A stretch of 64,000 nucleotides of DNA, taken from assembly GCF_964204645.1 (NCBI RefSeq), contig NC_134036.1, forward strand, positions 3,906,001-3,970,000. Direction: 5' to 3'. The position numbers and the translations under genes are program-made. Shown here piece after piece: positions 1-13,500 of this stretch; position 1 is the stretch's first letter, and every line of letters starts with the position of its first letter. The notes below the pieces were generated by a model that worked only from the letters and a program-made list of their open reading frames with translations, did no database searches and was not told the origin of the DNA. This DNA is from Tubulanus polymorphus (lineage: Eukaryota; Animalia; Nemertea).

Positions 1-889
1 TGATTAGACTGCTTTAAGAAAGCTATATATATCATATGTATCGTAGCCCAAACATCCCACAATATTGTTGATTAACCGAAGAACATGGAAATATTTCCGA
101 TGGTTCCCAACCTCCTCGACGGTCGAGTGGTGGACTGACCTTAAGACTGACAAAGGGGTCGAATTTTAGGTTTATTACTACTAAGTGATTCATAGCCTAT
201 AATGAAATGCAGTGGTATGAATAACGACCGTATAACGTGGAAAGTGTTGTGGTGAAATGTCTGGTGTTTGGAGTCCATTTCTAATCAGAATTATATATGT
301 CGAATGAAGTCCATGCAAATAAAAGTACATACATGTAAAGCCTGGACGATCTAAAATAAGTTGAATGCTTTGTCTGAGCCACCATATTCGCGTCGAATGT
401 CTGAGCGCGCATGGCAAGCGGTTTGATAACTTCAATCGCAGTTGATTGAATGACCTTGATTGGGTATAGCTTCGTGCTTTTTCTTATACACTGATATCGG
501 ACGCGCGAAAGCAAAGTAACAAGTAACAAACAAACGGCAGAACTGCTTCCACTTGACGAAATATATAGACAAATTATTTCGAACTGCTCTAGGGACGCTT
601 TACTATTGCGTTGGGCCTATGTGAATTATTTAAACACGTCAACCGAAGCACGTCGAAGTGCTATATCGAGGGCTCGTAGTTTGCAGATATGCAGCCGACT
701 CTTGGTAAAGTATATCATCGGTAATGATGGCACTTTAGTAGTAACAAGGAGTTGGGCCCACTTCCCTGGTAATGAAATCACCGCGGCGAGTTCTAAGTGT
801 TCGAATACCTCGGCATTTTCCAATACCTAACAGCGAAATTTAAAACAATCCGCGTAAATTAGTATTACTATGCTACGAAGATATTGAAT

Positions 890-1165
890 TCATCGAGAAT
901 GAGAATGGTCGTCATTAGTAACTAATCATAATTTTGCTGAATCGTTGAAGTTATTGAGAATGAGAAGGTTGTAATTAGTAACTAATCATAATTTGACTGA
1001 ATCGTAGAAGTTATCGAGAATGAGAATGGTCGTCATTAGTAACTAATCATAATTTTACTGAATCGTTGAAATTATGAGAAGATCGTCATCAGTAACTAAT
1101 CATGATTTTACTGAATCTTTGAAGTTATCGAGAATGAGAAGGTTATCATTAGTAACTAATCATAT
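890..1165. repeat. Tandem repeat, ~60-62 bp unit (gaatcgttgaagttatcgagaatgagaa...cattagtaactaatcataattttact), ~4.5 copies
   Basis: Repeated units are directly visible; the same family occurs inverted at ~13645-13905. Confidence 0.8.
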
Positions 1166-2838
1166 TTCAAGGACAATAGGATCGTATTTAAACTTAAGGC
1201 CTTAAATTTTAATCGTCCACAAAGTTGTCAATTTGGAAAGCCGTGCATTTTTCGAACTCTAAATCTGGTTAAATATTGACCTGTTCCGATATCGGAAAAT
1301 GTCTTTGTTTTTCAATACAACGACGAAGGAATCAATACCTCGTGGCTTAGGTTGCAAGCGTTTGTTGCTTGGTGATAGTAAGAAAAAGCCCGTTCGAAAT
1401 AGCCGGGTAATCTCGTCACTATTGTCCTTTAATTAAAGACCTATTGATCTCTAAAAAACCGATCCAGCGTCAACTGCGACAAATGCAGTCGCCTATTCCG
1501 TTAATAAGCATCGACTCCGTTTGGATAAACTTTCGACGTAGGGTATTTAACCAAAAAAGCGTTTAAGAGCTATGAAGGCAACAAATATGTTAATGTACGC
1601 ATCTTTAATTTCTGTGCATAATGAAGAAGAGAATGAGGGTGTGTATGCGAGAGTGAATAGGCGAGGGACTTTAAGGACTAGATCATGTCAACTTTGGCTT
1701 TACCTAATTCCGCGCATGATCTATTGTTACGGTGATATTTCCATACTGTTTTATATCATATCGTATATAATCGCATGTCTTTGTACCGATGAATTTGTTA
1801 TGCAAAACTATTTTCTCGACAACAAAAAGCCAGATGAAATGCTGAGCCAGTTACTAGCAACTAATAAAACGCTACCCGAATACGAACATAAATGAAAAAA
1901 GCAAGATTCGAGCTTTTATTTAATGTTTGATTCCTGCAGTTTTCTATTTGCGTTTGGTATAGATTTACACAATTTTGCGGGGAAACCTTCGAAGCATCTT
2001 TAAGTACCATACACAGCCGTTCCCTACGACAAAAAATATACTCCGCGAGTGAATAATTGAGTGAGAATCGTACGCCCTAATATCCCCCCTTCGAAGTTCA
2101 CCTCATTTTTCTCTGTTGTTGTCTAATGAATTATGCAGCGCGGCTTCCTACCGTGTAGTGTCTGTTTTACACGTTCGATGGGTAAAGTTTAAAAGGAATA
2201 CTCTCATACAGTTAAGTTATCGATCGACTGTCGATACCCGACCCCTCGCACTATCGACAGGCAATCATTCGGTGCGAAAAAGAAAATGCCTGCTCGAAAC
2301 AATTGTGAAAAATAAAAAATGCGAATAATCATGAAAATGTGTGAAATCTCCAAGAAAATGTTCGTCAAAATGCAGTTGGATCCCTTTTTTATATACAACC
2401 TACGGAGGTTAGAGTCTAACCTTTTTTATTTTAAGTCTATGCAGAATATGGGCAATAGCCGCTTAAGTTATTTTACCGTGGCACGAAAAACGTGGAAAAA
2501 CGTCCAATTGAATGTACGTGAAAACATGTGAAAACTCCACGAAATAAACTCGAAAAAGGCGAATTTTGATTGATTGGAATTCGTCTTTTATTATTTCGTT
2601 TAATATCGTTCATTCAACGATGTTTGATTGACGGAAATGTTAAAAAATCATATTTCGCGAGTCACGTGCAGCAGGTTCATCCGTGCGTGTGTTTTTAATC
2701 TTATAAGAATGTTTCGTGTAATATATATATATTATTAAATGCTACACATTCACGTGTGCTGCTGTGAGATTACGTTTCTACCGGTATCCGAATTTAGAAA
2801 AAAAAACAACTCGACGCCGCCTGCGATTTCATATCTTC

Positions 2839-3921
2839 CTACCGCCGAGAGGTGGCGCTTCTACTGAGGGAATTGCCGCATCCGGGTAACCGCTCGACCA
2901 TGTCGATCGCCTGTTTCCGGAAATGCTCGTTCGTCAAACAGTAAATGCCGAAGTTCACCGACGAGTCGATGATCGAAAACCCGAGCGAAACTTTGCGCAG
3001 GATCATCTGCGATTTTTTGTTCGTGATTTTGAACCAGTTCCAGCTGTTCATGCGGTCGAGGAAGCCGAGGCCTTCGCAGACGATGTAGACGCCGATGACC
3101 GACATGACCATGCGCAAGACGCGCAGTTCGTTCTTCGACGAGTCGTCTTTGACGCCGAGTTCCGAGCGACGGCTGAATTTCCTGAACAACACGGCGGCCA
3201 CCAGCGCCACGTTCATCACTACCAGAATCGCCAACGGCGCCGTGACGGTGAACCACAAGAACATGTACTCGTCGGAAATGTGCCAACGCCAGAAGATGTA
3301 TATTTTCGGCGGAATTAGGTCGTAAGTGCCGGAAAAGTGGGTCACGTAAGGCCAGCGCGCCGGGCAGCCGATCGAAGGCATTCGTTGATAGGGCAAGAAG
3401 TGGACGAAATGAAACGCGAACGCGAACGCGCCGACCACCAACATGGCGATCGTCGAGATGACCTTCTTCGGCAGGTTTCGCGACGACATCGGGAACATGA
3501 TGACGATCAGTCGTTCGAAGCTCAGTATCGTCGTGCACCAGTTGCGCGTCGTTTGAAAGATGTAGAAAAACGGCGTGCCCAAATAGATGAACCAGGCGCC
3601 GAAAAACCAGTCGTCGCGTCGGAACAGAATGTCGCCTAATACGGCGAATATGTATATCGTCCTCAACGGAAATATGACGAACGCCGCGATGGAAAACGCC
3701 AAATCGTTGATGGCCAGGCATTTGACGAGAAAGTACATGGCGCCTTTCAGTTTGCCGAGAACTAGGATGTTGAATATGTTGAAAGCGATGCCCATCACGC
3801 AGGCCGGCAGGTACATGCCGATGTACATGTAGACGCTGAATTTGAGGTCACTTCTCAGCGGAAGGTCTTTCCACTCGTCGCAAAGCGTAGCGTAGGTTTT
3901 GTTGCTATCGGTGGACGCCAT
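2839..3921 (-). CDS. Intronless rhodopsin-class (class A) GPCR, FMRFamide/peptide-receptor-like
   Basis: 360-aa ORF with seven hydrophobic segments; TM1 GIAFN, TM2 LAINDL, TM3 end ERL (DRY position), TM6 VCE, TM7 DSSVNFGIY (NPxxY variant typical of invertebrate FMRFamide-receptor-like GPCRs); N-terminal sequon NKT. Confidence 0.9.
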   Translation of the reverse strand: MASTDSNKTYATLCDEWKDLPLRSDLKFSVYMYIGMYLPACVMGIAFNIFNILVLGKLKGAMYFLVKCLAINDLAFSIAAFVIFPLRTIYIFAVLGDILFRRDDWFFGAWFIYLGTPFFYIFQTTRNWCTTILSFERLIVIMFPMSSRNLPKKVISTIAMLVVGAFAFAFHFVHFLPYQRMPSIGCPARWPYVTHFSGTYDLIPPKIYIFWRWHISDEYMFLWFTVTAPLAILVVMNVALVAAVLFRKFSRRSELGVKDDSSKNELRVLRMVMSVIGVYIVCEGLGFLDRMNSWNWFKITNKKSQMILRKVSLGFSIIDSSVNFGIYCLTNEHFRKQAIDMVERLPGCGNSLSRSATSRR

Positions 3922-4699
3922 CGCGTCGGGGGCGATTTTAAAATGATCTTTCGATAATTAGTTAGTAAGAAATTGACGAGCAAATCTGTCTAACGTAAAA
4001 ATGAAAGTGTTTTTCGTAATGTTGATGATTCGAGCTGTCGAGAAATCAACGAAAGAAATAGCCAGATGCGTAAGATATCGGCTACGTTGCTTCGCTGTGA
4101 GTTGGCAGTTTTCGATGGCAAGAACGAAGAATTTCGGAGATTAATCGAGAAGTCTACAGAACGGAGGAAATGTAGTCGACGCAGTGCGTTGATACGCTAG
4201 CGTGTCATCGCGATGCAGAAGCCGCAGAAACACTGAACAGGATAGGTTTCAAAGCGAACTCGGATGTTAGCGTGCGCGCCGCCTCGGAAAACTCCGAAAT
4301 CACCTCTCTCACGCGAAAAAAAACGGAGAGCGTCCTGTTGGCGCCGTTAGTGTTCGTTGTAACAAAATCGGCTCGTCGCGGGTTTATCACGAAATTAATT
4401 GGCACCGAAAATCGATTTGCGCGTTCAGAAATCGCCCGTCACACCGAAACTTAATCCGCCGCTCGTGCGGCCCGAAACGTTTAAAAATTTTTAACGCTAC
4501 TTCAAATAGAGATTATTCTAAATCTAACGCGTGATTTGATTTACATATTTTCAACTGAGCTTATACGTTGCCAGCTGCATGGTACTGCTTGAATGCGATT
4601 ATTGCATGGAATCCGCATTTTCGCCCCTGCCAAGTCCATTTGTCATTGTAGCTCGAAATCTGGGCGTTCACTTTTCGAAAATATTTAGGTGATATTTTC

Positions 4700-5000
4700 T
4701 AAGTCGGATGTCTGGCTTTGTAGTTCATTTTCAGTTAAAAACGTCTCAGATGAAGTACATAACACATGTGAAGTGTGAACGATCAGTTTTTGAAAGTGTG
4801 CCTATGTGTGCAATGTCTGGTGTTTGTAGTTCATTGTCAATTGAAAATGTCTCATTTGAAGAAATTGAACAAAATGTGAAGTGTGAACGACCACTTTATG
4901 AAGGTGTGCTGATAACATGTCTAATGTCTGGTGTTTTTATAGTTCATTTCAAATAAAAATGTCTCAGGTGAAACACTGAACATATGGATGATCAGAAATG
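4700..5000 (+). repeat. Dispersed ~115-bp tandem-unit repeat family (aatgtctggtgtttgtagttcattttcaattgaaaatgtctcaggtgaag...gtgaagtgtgaacgatcag)
   Basis: 2-3 units here; same family at ~21220-21440 (-), ~22650-22920 (+), ~24850-25150 (+), with relics upstream of each array gene (e.g. 36140-36350, 37170-37265). Confidence 0.7.
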
Positions 5001-8000
5001 GGAAAGCGGTGATAGTGTCGAATGACTGAGGCGTCGGTCCACTGCGTATACCTTACATGCATGGATTTGTATTGCGGGCCCAAGAAACAACATACAAGGC
5101 CCCCTATATTAGTAAATGCATTAAGAATGAATGTCCTTCCCTTTCTTCAGATTCAAATACAGATTTATTGTTTTGCATGAATATTGCTCAGCACAAAACC
5201 GAAAGTACAAATGAACATAAAAATGTCAACTATTTTTTTTCAGCGAACCGCTTTAAAGAAGCACTGATAACCGATGATTATTGATCATCGATCTCTTTTG
5301 AACAGATGACGAGTCGTTTTCGTGATAATTATATAGATCATTAAAACTCAAAGAAGTGGTTTGTATAGTCGGCTGGTTTTAGCACCAGCTGTTCTGCGCG
5401 CTTACGCGTCAGCTGCGCATTATGTTTGCGTCGTAAATTTTTGCTTCTCGAAAAGCGCCGCTCCAAAAAAAAATCTATAACCGACATTAGGGAAATCGGG
5501 ACTGGGCACGCTTTGTTTCGGATTCACAAGAGCCCGGAGGACCTTTTAAAGTCTTAATTCACGACTGTACCGCAGCCGTTGATGAGAGAGCAAAACCGAA
5601 ACATACGGACAGTATGCATAGAAAATCCTCAAATGAAATTGTTACCCTTTGTACGTTTGAGTTTGATAGTTGAACTGATACAATTAAATGAAATTTATAG
5701 CTTCTGCGTAATTATAGATAATTACATAGGGCAGACGCGTGAATAAGTAGCAAAATAACTAGAAAGTTTATTGACGCCTTGAAAAATGACGTTTAAGCTA
5801 AAAACTGAACTGACTTTCAAATCTCGCTGGTCACATTTTTGGATAGGCATAGATGTATCGAATTGAATTGACCGGCAACCAGTCTAGCATCATTATTGAT
5901 GACGTTGTGCACACCAACTCACGTACGCTATTGAAATTCATTATCAAAAAGAAAATTCTTGAAATAGAAAATAATGTCGTGATATGTAATTTCAAATAAA
6001 CGCCGATACATATATACACAGACGATTGTGATTGCCATTTTGAAACGCCCCAATATTGATGACGTAGAGCACATCGACTCGCACAGTACCATTTTCCGTA
6101 GGATGACGTATACACAATATGCAAATGCATGCAAATTTAGTTGCATATAAATGTGTATTCTTTTTTTAATCGTCGATTTCATATTTTTGTTCCTTATCGA
6201 AAAACAAACACGATATATATATTTGCTAAAACAAATCTGCACACCATATCTTAAGTACTGCATCGAGGCTTACGCGTAGATATATATGTATATATATAAT
6301 TTCAGCGACACGGCGATCGACTTTTCAAATATCGACGTTAAATATGAAATTGTTTTGACCGCGACAGATGTCGCGTTCAATACGCCGTAATAGACTTATA
6401 TAGCATATGTTAAATGTACACACTTTGTGAAACAGTAACATCGCGTTTGTGTTATATCTATATATGTGATAATTAAGCAAGCGAATTTCGCACACGACAA
6501 AAGCGAGTTGATTATCAAGATTTCGTATATTCGTGATTACGTTCAAACTATTTTTCATCGACGTAGATTACCATCGACATCGTATAGTCATGATGTAATC
6601 GATGTCGTGATCGTTGGAACGATTTTAGGTTAGATACGAAAAAGTGGTGAAATCGAAAGTCTTCGATTCAATTAAGGCCCGTTCGGCCGACAAAGGAAAA
6701 TATCTTCAGAGTTTTGCGTTAAATCGGCGAAATTAGGATAAAAATCGTAAATTGCTTCGAAGATTTTTGTTGGATTTTTGTTGCTGGCGAAGAAAGGACG
6801 ATTCGATGGTGACGTGTTATCAACGAGTAGAGGTGAGTCATTCGAATTGATGTAGGCCTAATGGCCTCGTACTCTTTTTGACATTGCTCGGTTTAGAACA
6901 CACCGTAAAATATTTCTAGATTCAAAATTTACACCCTATTGATGGGTAACGATGACGAGACATGGGATAATCGATTTGTAGTACGCTGATTAATCAATTA
7001 ATAATCAAATAAAGAAACTAAGCTAAAAATTGTTCTTTCTGTTCGTGCAGCAAGTTTCAGAAAAAAAGTTAAGCCCTCAAAAATCGAATCAATTTCTTCA
7101 TTGATTCGGTCTATTGCAAAACTATCTAAACTTTTTTGGACATAGAACTGTTGGCCCTGCTCTGTTTATAATTCACCAAAACGAAAGGCTACAATGACGT
7201 AAAAAGAAGATTCAAAATTTCATTTCATATATATGTTTCTCGGCTATTTTCGACTTGGAACTTGAAATATTTCAACTATAAACTAGAGGCCTTTTAAGGC
7301 CTACGTAGAATCTGTGTATAATCGTATGAATAATTCGCGACAGAATACATTTTCGTCGCACAGACACTTTTTTAAACGCTTAAATGTATGAATAACGATA
7401 AGCAAATACAGCTGCAGCATTCATCGCCGCCGCGATAAAGGTTCTTACTGCACGTTGGTGAAAAAGCCTTATATCAATATCCACGTTGAAATGAAATATT
7501 TCACTGCTGTTGATTATGATTTCTTTAAGTCGGAACTAAGTCGGTGAAAAAGGCCTGTACGTACGTATACATTTTGCCAATTTTGCCAATTTAGTCTTAT
7601 TGCCGTTTTGCCTTATTCTACGCACTGTTCGCTCCTACAGAAATCGTTTTTTCCACGAGATACATCCGAAGGTTTAATTAGTAGTCCCACAACCGGACGC
7701 TTCCTTTTATCGCATAGGGTTCTCGTTATTGGTACACGAGTCACCTTTGGTTCATCAGAAGTTCTAGTGGATGAACCGTAACTAAATTTTCTTCCATTAA
7801 ATGTACGTCCTTCCTAAAAAATTGGTGGAGATCGAGTGCCATATTTTTTTTCTAATGTGGCCACCATATTCCCAATATCCACGTATTGTCCTTTTTGCAG
7901 GATGATTTCTTTATGTTCGAGTGAAAAAACTAACGATGGGATCAGATACGCTTGACGAATTATTCCATTATAATGACGAGTAAGTACCAAACGTAAATAC

Positions 8001-8385
8001 ACGACTTAGATAGATCCTCGGATATCGTAGATACTGCGTGGGCGACATGGCCTGAAGTTTGGTGCCACAAAACAAAAAATTCTTTCGAAATCAGGATCAA
8101 ATTATAGCAATACAAGGTGCATCTGTGTTAATCTTGATCATCGAAGTATCTGTTATATGCAATGATATGTAGTATGCAAATTATATGCAAGGATTTGTAG
8201 CCTAGTATGCTAATTTCATGCAAGGTATGCAAATTTTATGCAAGGATGTGTAGTATGCAAATAATATGCAGACTATGTATCTGCAAATTTTACACAATTT
8301 TCAAAGGATCTTGGAAACTTTGAATTATCATCCAAATATACTGAAGAATTCCTAAATTTTCGAACCCTATTCTTTTAGTCCGTCG

Positions 8386-9544
8386 ATGCTGCAGATCATC
8401 GTACACGTGTTACTATGGCTGGCGGTCGGCACGCTGGTGTTGGTGACGTTGTATTACTTGTGTCGATGTGCTTGTTGTAACGCGTCCGGCGAGGAAGGCG
8501 ACGAGGCGGAGGAGGAACGACAGGTGATCGTCCGGCAATACAGCCTACCGTCCGGACACACCGTTCCAGGTATGATGTATACACGTTATATCGTTTTCTA
8601 CCCGCGGTTTATATGTCACGAGAACCGCTAACATTAGGCCTTCTACCAATGTCCGTGATGTCCACCGTCCTTCATGGCATTCTACTACCCATCCTCCTGC
8701 GCAGATTTCATGGAGCATCATTATGTCCATCGTACTGCAAGGATCCTCCTGTACGGTGGTTGTCTTAAACCCATTGCCAAGTCCGTCATAGCCAAAAGCG
8801 CTCTTACCGATCCTCCTATTTGGTTGTATAGCCACTAAAAGGAATCACCAAGATGCCACGGCTCTGTACCAGGAGCGTAACGTTGACGGGCGAAAAAAAA
8901 GAATTGTCTTGAATTTTCCATTATCTCGGAATGGGTATAAACATCATTTCCTGACACATTTGAAACCTTGTGCCGATCACTTGTAACGCATAGACGAGTT
9001 ATAGCCTCTTTCAAATATTCCCTCTTAAAACTTGGCCCAAAGGTTCATGTGCTATCTTTAAAGCCTAAATGGCCATCGATGATGTAACAATCTCGATGAT
9101 GGGATGGGACATTCTCTACGACGTGTCCTCGCCATCCGAGCAAATATTGTCTCTTCGGTAAGATGGGGCAGCCATTTTGTTCTACAACTAGGACACTAGT
9201 TCACTAGATGATATTTGTAATATCTCGTGTATTTTCTATCAACAGGTTCATCGTCCGATGCGCAGAATTTCAGAATTCTGCAAGAGTACGAGTATCTGGA
9301 GTTCCTCGAGTGGCAACAACAGAAAAAACAACTCGGACAAAACTACCAGTCGTTCCCGGCAGCGGGCGGAGCCGGCAACGTCGAACATTACCAACAGATG
9401 TCGTCACCTCCCGGCTACGCGATGCCCACGGCTCCGCCGCCGCCGTACTCTCCCAGCAGCGCTGGGCAACAACAATATATGGCCGGCCAGTACGTCGGGC
9501 CAATACCGTCCGGAACAACGAACGATTCATTACAACGACGCTGA
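8386..9544 (+). CDS. Small single-pass membrane protein with Cys-rich juxtamembrane segment and PTAP/PPxY motifs; join(8386..8569,9246..9544), ~160 aa
   Basis: Acceptor ttcttttag before 8379; donor CCAG|gtatg after 8569; acceptor tctatcaacag before 9246, phase 1 consistent. N-terminal TM (IIVHVLLWLAVGTLVLVTLYYL), then CRCACC, an acidic stretch and a tail with PPGY and PTAPPPPY. Probable 5' non-coding exon donor AG|gtgagt near 6832. Confidence 0.75.
8620..9180 (-). mobile_element. Degenerate RTE-like non-LTR retrotransposon relics in intron
   Basis: Minus-strand translations with stops give YRRILAVRW and LLGWRGHVV...GPSFKREYLK, resembling RTE ORF C-terminal motifs (RRILxxxW; LRWxGHVxR; GRPxxRxxDxLK). 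Confidence 0.4.
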
Positions 9545-9745
9545 TACTTCTGATTCTTTCTCGAAAGGAGAATCATTCATTAGCCAGAATCAAAACAATT
9601 GTGATATATATTAATGTCCAATACCTCCGTTCACAGGATTCATGAATTTGATGAAGCCTTTGAAGAGTAGTCATTGGCAACCTTGTTATTGTTTGTGTTG
9701 TCAGTATAAGCTGATATCGCTCGTGGTTTCGGAATATCCAAGACA

Positions 9746-9834
9746 CAGTTCCACAGTTGTGAGTTAGAGTTAAAGTTAGTTCATTTTCGATGAGTTAACT
9801 CAGAGTCGAATCTTAACTCAGAACTGTGGAACTG
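9746..9834. mobile_element. Short hairpin/MITE-like element with ~21-bp terminal inverted repeats
   Basis: cagttccacagttgtgagtta ... taactcagaactgtggaactg; related half-sites (cacaactgtggaactgg) near 25580-25660. Confidence 0.6.
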
Positions 9835-10585
9835 GACCCAAGTGATTCGGAATTTGATTTCTATGCCATTAAAGTGTCTGTAATTCTAAACGAGTAGGTG
9901 GAGAGAAATTGGGACGCGCAGTTCTGAATGCTCGGGACCAAAGTGTTTCTTTAGGCTGCTTGCTTAGACAGCACTTTGTAAGCGTAAAGTCTTAATGAGT
10001 TGATTGCTTTAAACAGCTATTCCCTTAGTGTGATAAAGTTTAGCTACCTGGGCTGATTTCAAAACTATTTTGCTTCGTAGTTAGTTTAATCTTAGGGTTG
10101 ATGTCTTGTAGTTACATAGATACTGTTTAATGGTTTATTGCTTTAAATCATTATACGCAGGGTTATTATGAATTTGTTTCCCAAGACCTAATTGTGGCTC
10201 TTCTCGTCGGCTGCAATGAGAAGGCACACCATTATTTACGGTTGCTCCACTCGATATATAAAACACGTCAGTCGATTGAATAGATAACAATTATATTCTA
10301 TTTGAATATCTTAATATTTTTTGAAGAAGTATTAAGCACTGGATCGCCGCAAACCCGCAACAGAAGAAAGGTAACTATTGCACTCCTCACTGATATTCGT
10401 AAACCGCGGTGCTTAGAAGTAGTTCGTCTTATATACTCTCAGTCGGTTCTGTAGTTCAGTTTCGTAGACCAACCACATTCGCCTACGATGATGATAGAGC
10501 TTAACTAGAATCTGAAGATAAAAATTGATTCGATGATGATGACAAGAAAGTGACTGGCGTCGCATCGTCTACCGTGTTATCTATT

Positions 10586-13500
10586 TTATGAATGGTAGAA
10601 GCTGTACTCGTCCGGTTTCGCCACTCGCAAATTCGAACGATGGAATCTACAAAATAGAAAAGAACTCGTTGAGCTATTGAAAAGTTTCAGGTGAAGAATT
10701 GGTTTCGAGTCAGGGGTGATACTATGGTCTAATTTTGACTTCCTCGCCAAAAAAGGAAAATTATAGGAATCAACCTCGATTCACGATGAGCCATTTTTAA
10801 CAATCCTTATGATATCTTTTGCAAGAAACCGGACTACAGCATGTTGAATGTACTGCCATTATGGAGGACTGGTGCCTCATTAGAATTACTAATCTACTCA
10901 GAAAACAAACTGTGCTTCATAAAGAGCATTTCGACCTTATCTGCAAGATCGGAATTTCAATTTTCTCGAGTTCCTCAAATTAGGTACCGTAGATCAACCC
11001 GCGGCTGTTTTACGCGATGCAACTCTTACCTCGCCTGTTCATAATCATCGGTATCTAACGATCTGTTTCTGCTCCTCCTGAAGTCATATACGGTATTGCT
11101 TCCGTCCTGCAACCACTGCTGTCGCCGCGACGGCGGTTTCAGGATCCCGGGTGGATGAGCCGCTGGTCTCAATCCCGTATTGTCGGCAGCGGGACTCCAG
11201 CTTTTAGCCGAGTGTGATGCTAAAGATGCCGCGGCGCCGTTGGACGAAAAGGCGGTCGGGGCTAGTAGTCTATTGTTGGGGAAACCAGTCGATGCTCCGG
11301 CGGTTGGTAAACCGCTAGGCGTATCCGCGTAATTATCGCTACCTTTATCACAAAAGAAAAAGAAGTACCTGGATAGTAACATAAAAAAATCAAACTGACT
11401 TTACATAGGGTTTAAGGGAATTGAGTAATATGGAAATCAGTTTTCAAACCATTATCATGCAGTATTATAGAATATAGATATAAAAGATGCCTGTTTATGA
11501 TGCAAACTAAATTGGTTCGGCCACTTTTGCCATCGACACTCTCTACCACTCCTAGATTATTGAGAAGGCACACAAGAGTTGATAACAAGAAGATAACAAG
11601 GTCGGCCAAAAAGCCCGGCTCCCTTTTACATGATGGCCGAGAGCATGCATTGCTGCCACTAGCTGTCATGATGGTCACCGATTTGATATTATAGCGAAAG
11701 GGTTCGGAAGAAGTGGAAATCTAGAAGAGGGCTTCAATGTGTTAAAGCAGCTATTTTCATGAAAATAAATTCGAAATAAATAAAGAAATGCTGTACGTTA
11801 AAGTTAATGAAAATTCAAATGATATTATGAAAATGCTTAAGAACTAATTGTGATTATGTAAGATTTGACGATGTAATCTAGTAAATTCACGTATCATTAT
11901 TCTCAAACTCTTTGAATGTCTTTTCTGCTTTTTACCGTGTGCTGTACTCGTCGTAGCGTGTTGCTGCTTCAACCCGGTCCCGAACACGGGGATATCCCCG
12001 AAAACCCGACCGGAATCCCAGACCTCGTTGGTCGTGACGTCATCACCCGCCGAGTCGCGTCGGCCCGTTCGACGATGCAGGTGCTCGCTTTTGTGTCTGA
12101 AAAATTCAACGAGGACATGTGCGAAAGATTATAACAACTGCCTCTCCCGAAAACTTCCGATGGCCATCGTGGTTCGCCATGGTTTTACTACTCTTCGCCG
12201 GGTGAACGGGAAACGCATAACGCAACGCAGTATGGATAAACCACGGAAGACCGTTTTTTCACTTTCTGTTTTACTCACGGTTTACGACGAAAAGACGACG
12301 AGGTCGCGGCGCCAGAAAACGTGTGGTAGGCTTCGTTATCGGCTCGTAGCGCCCTCTGGTGGCGACGATAACAAACCAGTGCGAGGAAGACCAATCCCAT
12401 CAACACGACGACGGCGCCCCCTGCCGCCAGGGCGACTGTAGCCTGTTGCATCGGTAGACTTTTGACTTAAAATGAAAAGATCATATAGATGAACCGTTTG
12501 TTCGCGGATATGGCGGAATTTATGTTGGCATTGTGTATAGAGTATATAGATCATGCGGATGTAGTTCAACAGTAATGAGTTAGAGCAAACTATAATAAAT
12601 GTTTTGAGTTAGCTATAGAGCAAACACAGAAAGGAAATCATGAAATCAGTCTATTTTCAAGTTAACTCCAATTTAAATCTTTACTAGACAGACTTGTTTT
12701 ATACACGGATTAGAACCTTTACTTACGGGAACCTTTACTTCCACAGGGCATCAGAATATGTTTAAAAAAATGGGGCCATAGGCCCTTGCGTACGTTGAAA
12801 TGTCCAGGGAGTACGACGGTCAAGATTTATTCGACTATATTTTTGAACGGGAACATAATTTGAGGTATGCTGTAGCGGGCCTACCCCCACGAGAGAGAAT
12901 AGGATGTAATTAGAAAAATATCGTTGCCAACGCGAAGAAGAGAAAAACTGATCCCTAAAAGGAAGTACAGAAGATAGTGAGAAAATGCTCACTAAATCTT
13001 TTTCGAACAATTTCTCCGTAATTGAAGTAATTGAGAAAACGTTTAACGACAAGTTACAAAATTTCCGAAATAAGATGAATGTCGAGTTGAATCATAAAAG
13101 GAAAATGATTAATGTTTTTTTTTTGTATCGTGGAATTAATCATAGCTCGTCTTGAAATGATTAATTTTAGGCGGATCGTTCCTGAAAAATTGCATACCGA
13201 CCGTGACCAGTAAATGAAATATAGCATTTTAATTGGGGCCACGGTAAATATTTGAAAAAAACAAGAACAACTCAAAAACAAGTTTATCGACGCGAGTTTA
13301 AAAGTGTCGCGATCTGTTAACGAATCGAGTTACAAAAGTCCTTTAGAATTATGCGGACCAGGTTTCTCGGCCACTCTTTCACGACCGATATCCGCGCATG
13401 CCGGGTCTTTTAGAAATTACGGTAAAAGAAATATGTACTATATTCATATCTACGTGATTGATTAGACCCAATGAGGGGTGTTACGACGATTCATTCAAAA

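Noticed and set aside
190-830. Short ORFs and acceptor-like sites at the window start
   Set aside because: No recognisable domain or consistent exon chain; may be UTR or non-coding
2861-3832. Several ORFs overlapping the GPCR in alternative frames and antisense
   Set aside because: Expected from high GC3 codon usage; no recognisable protein features
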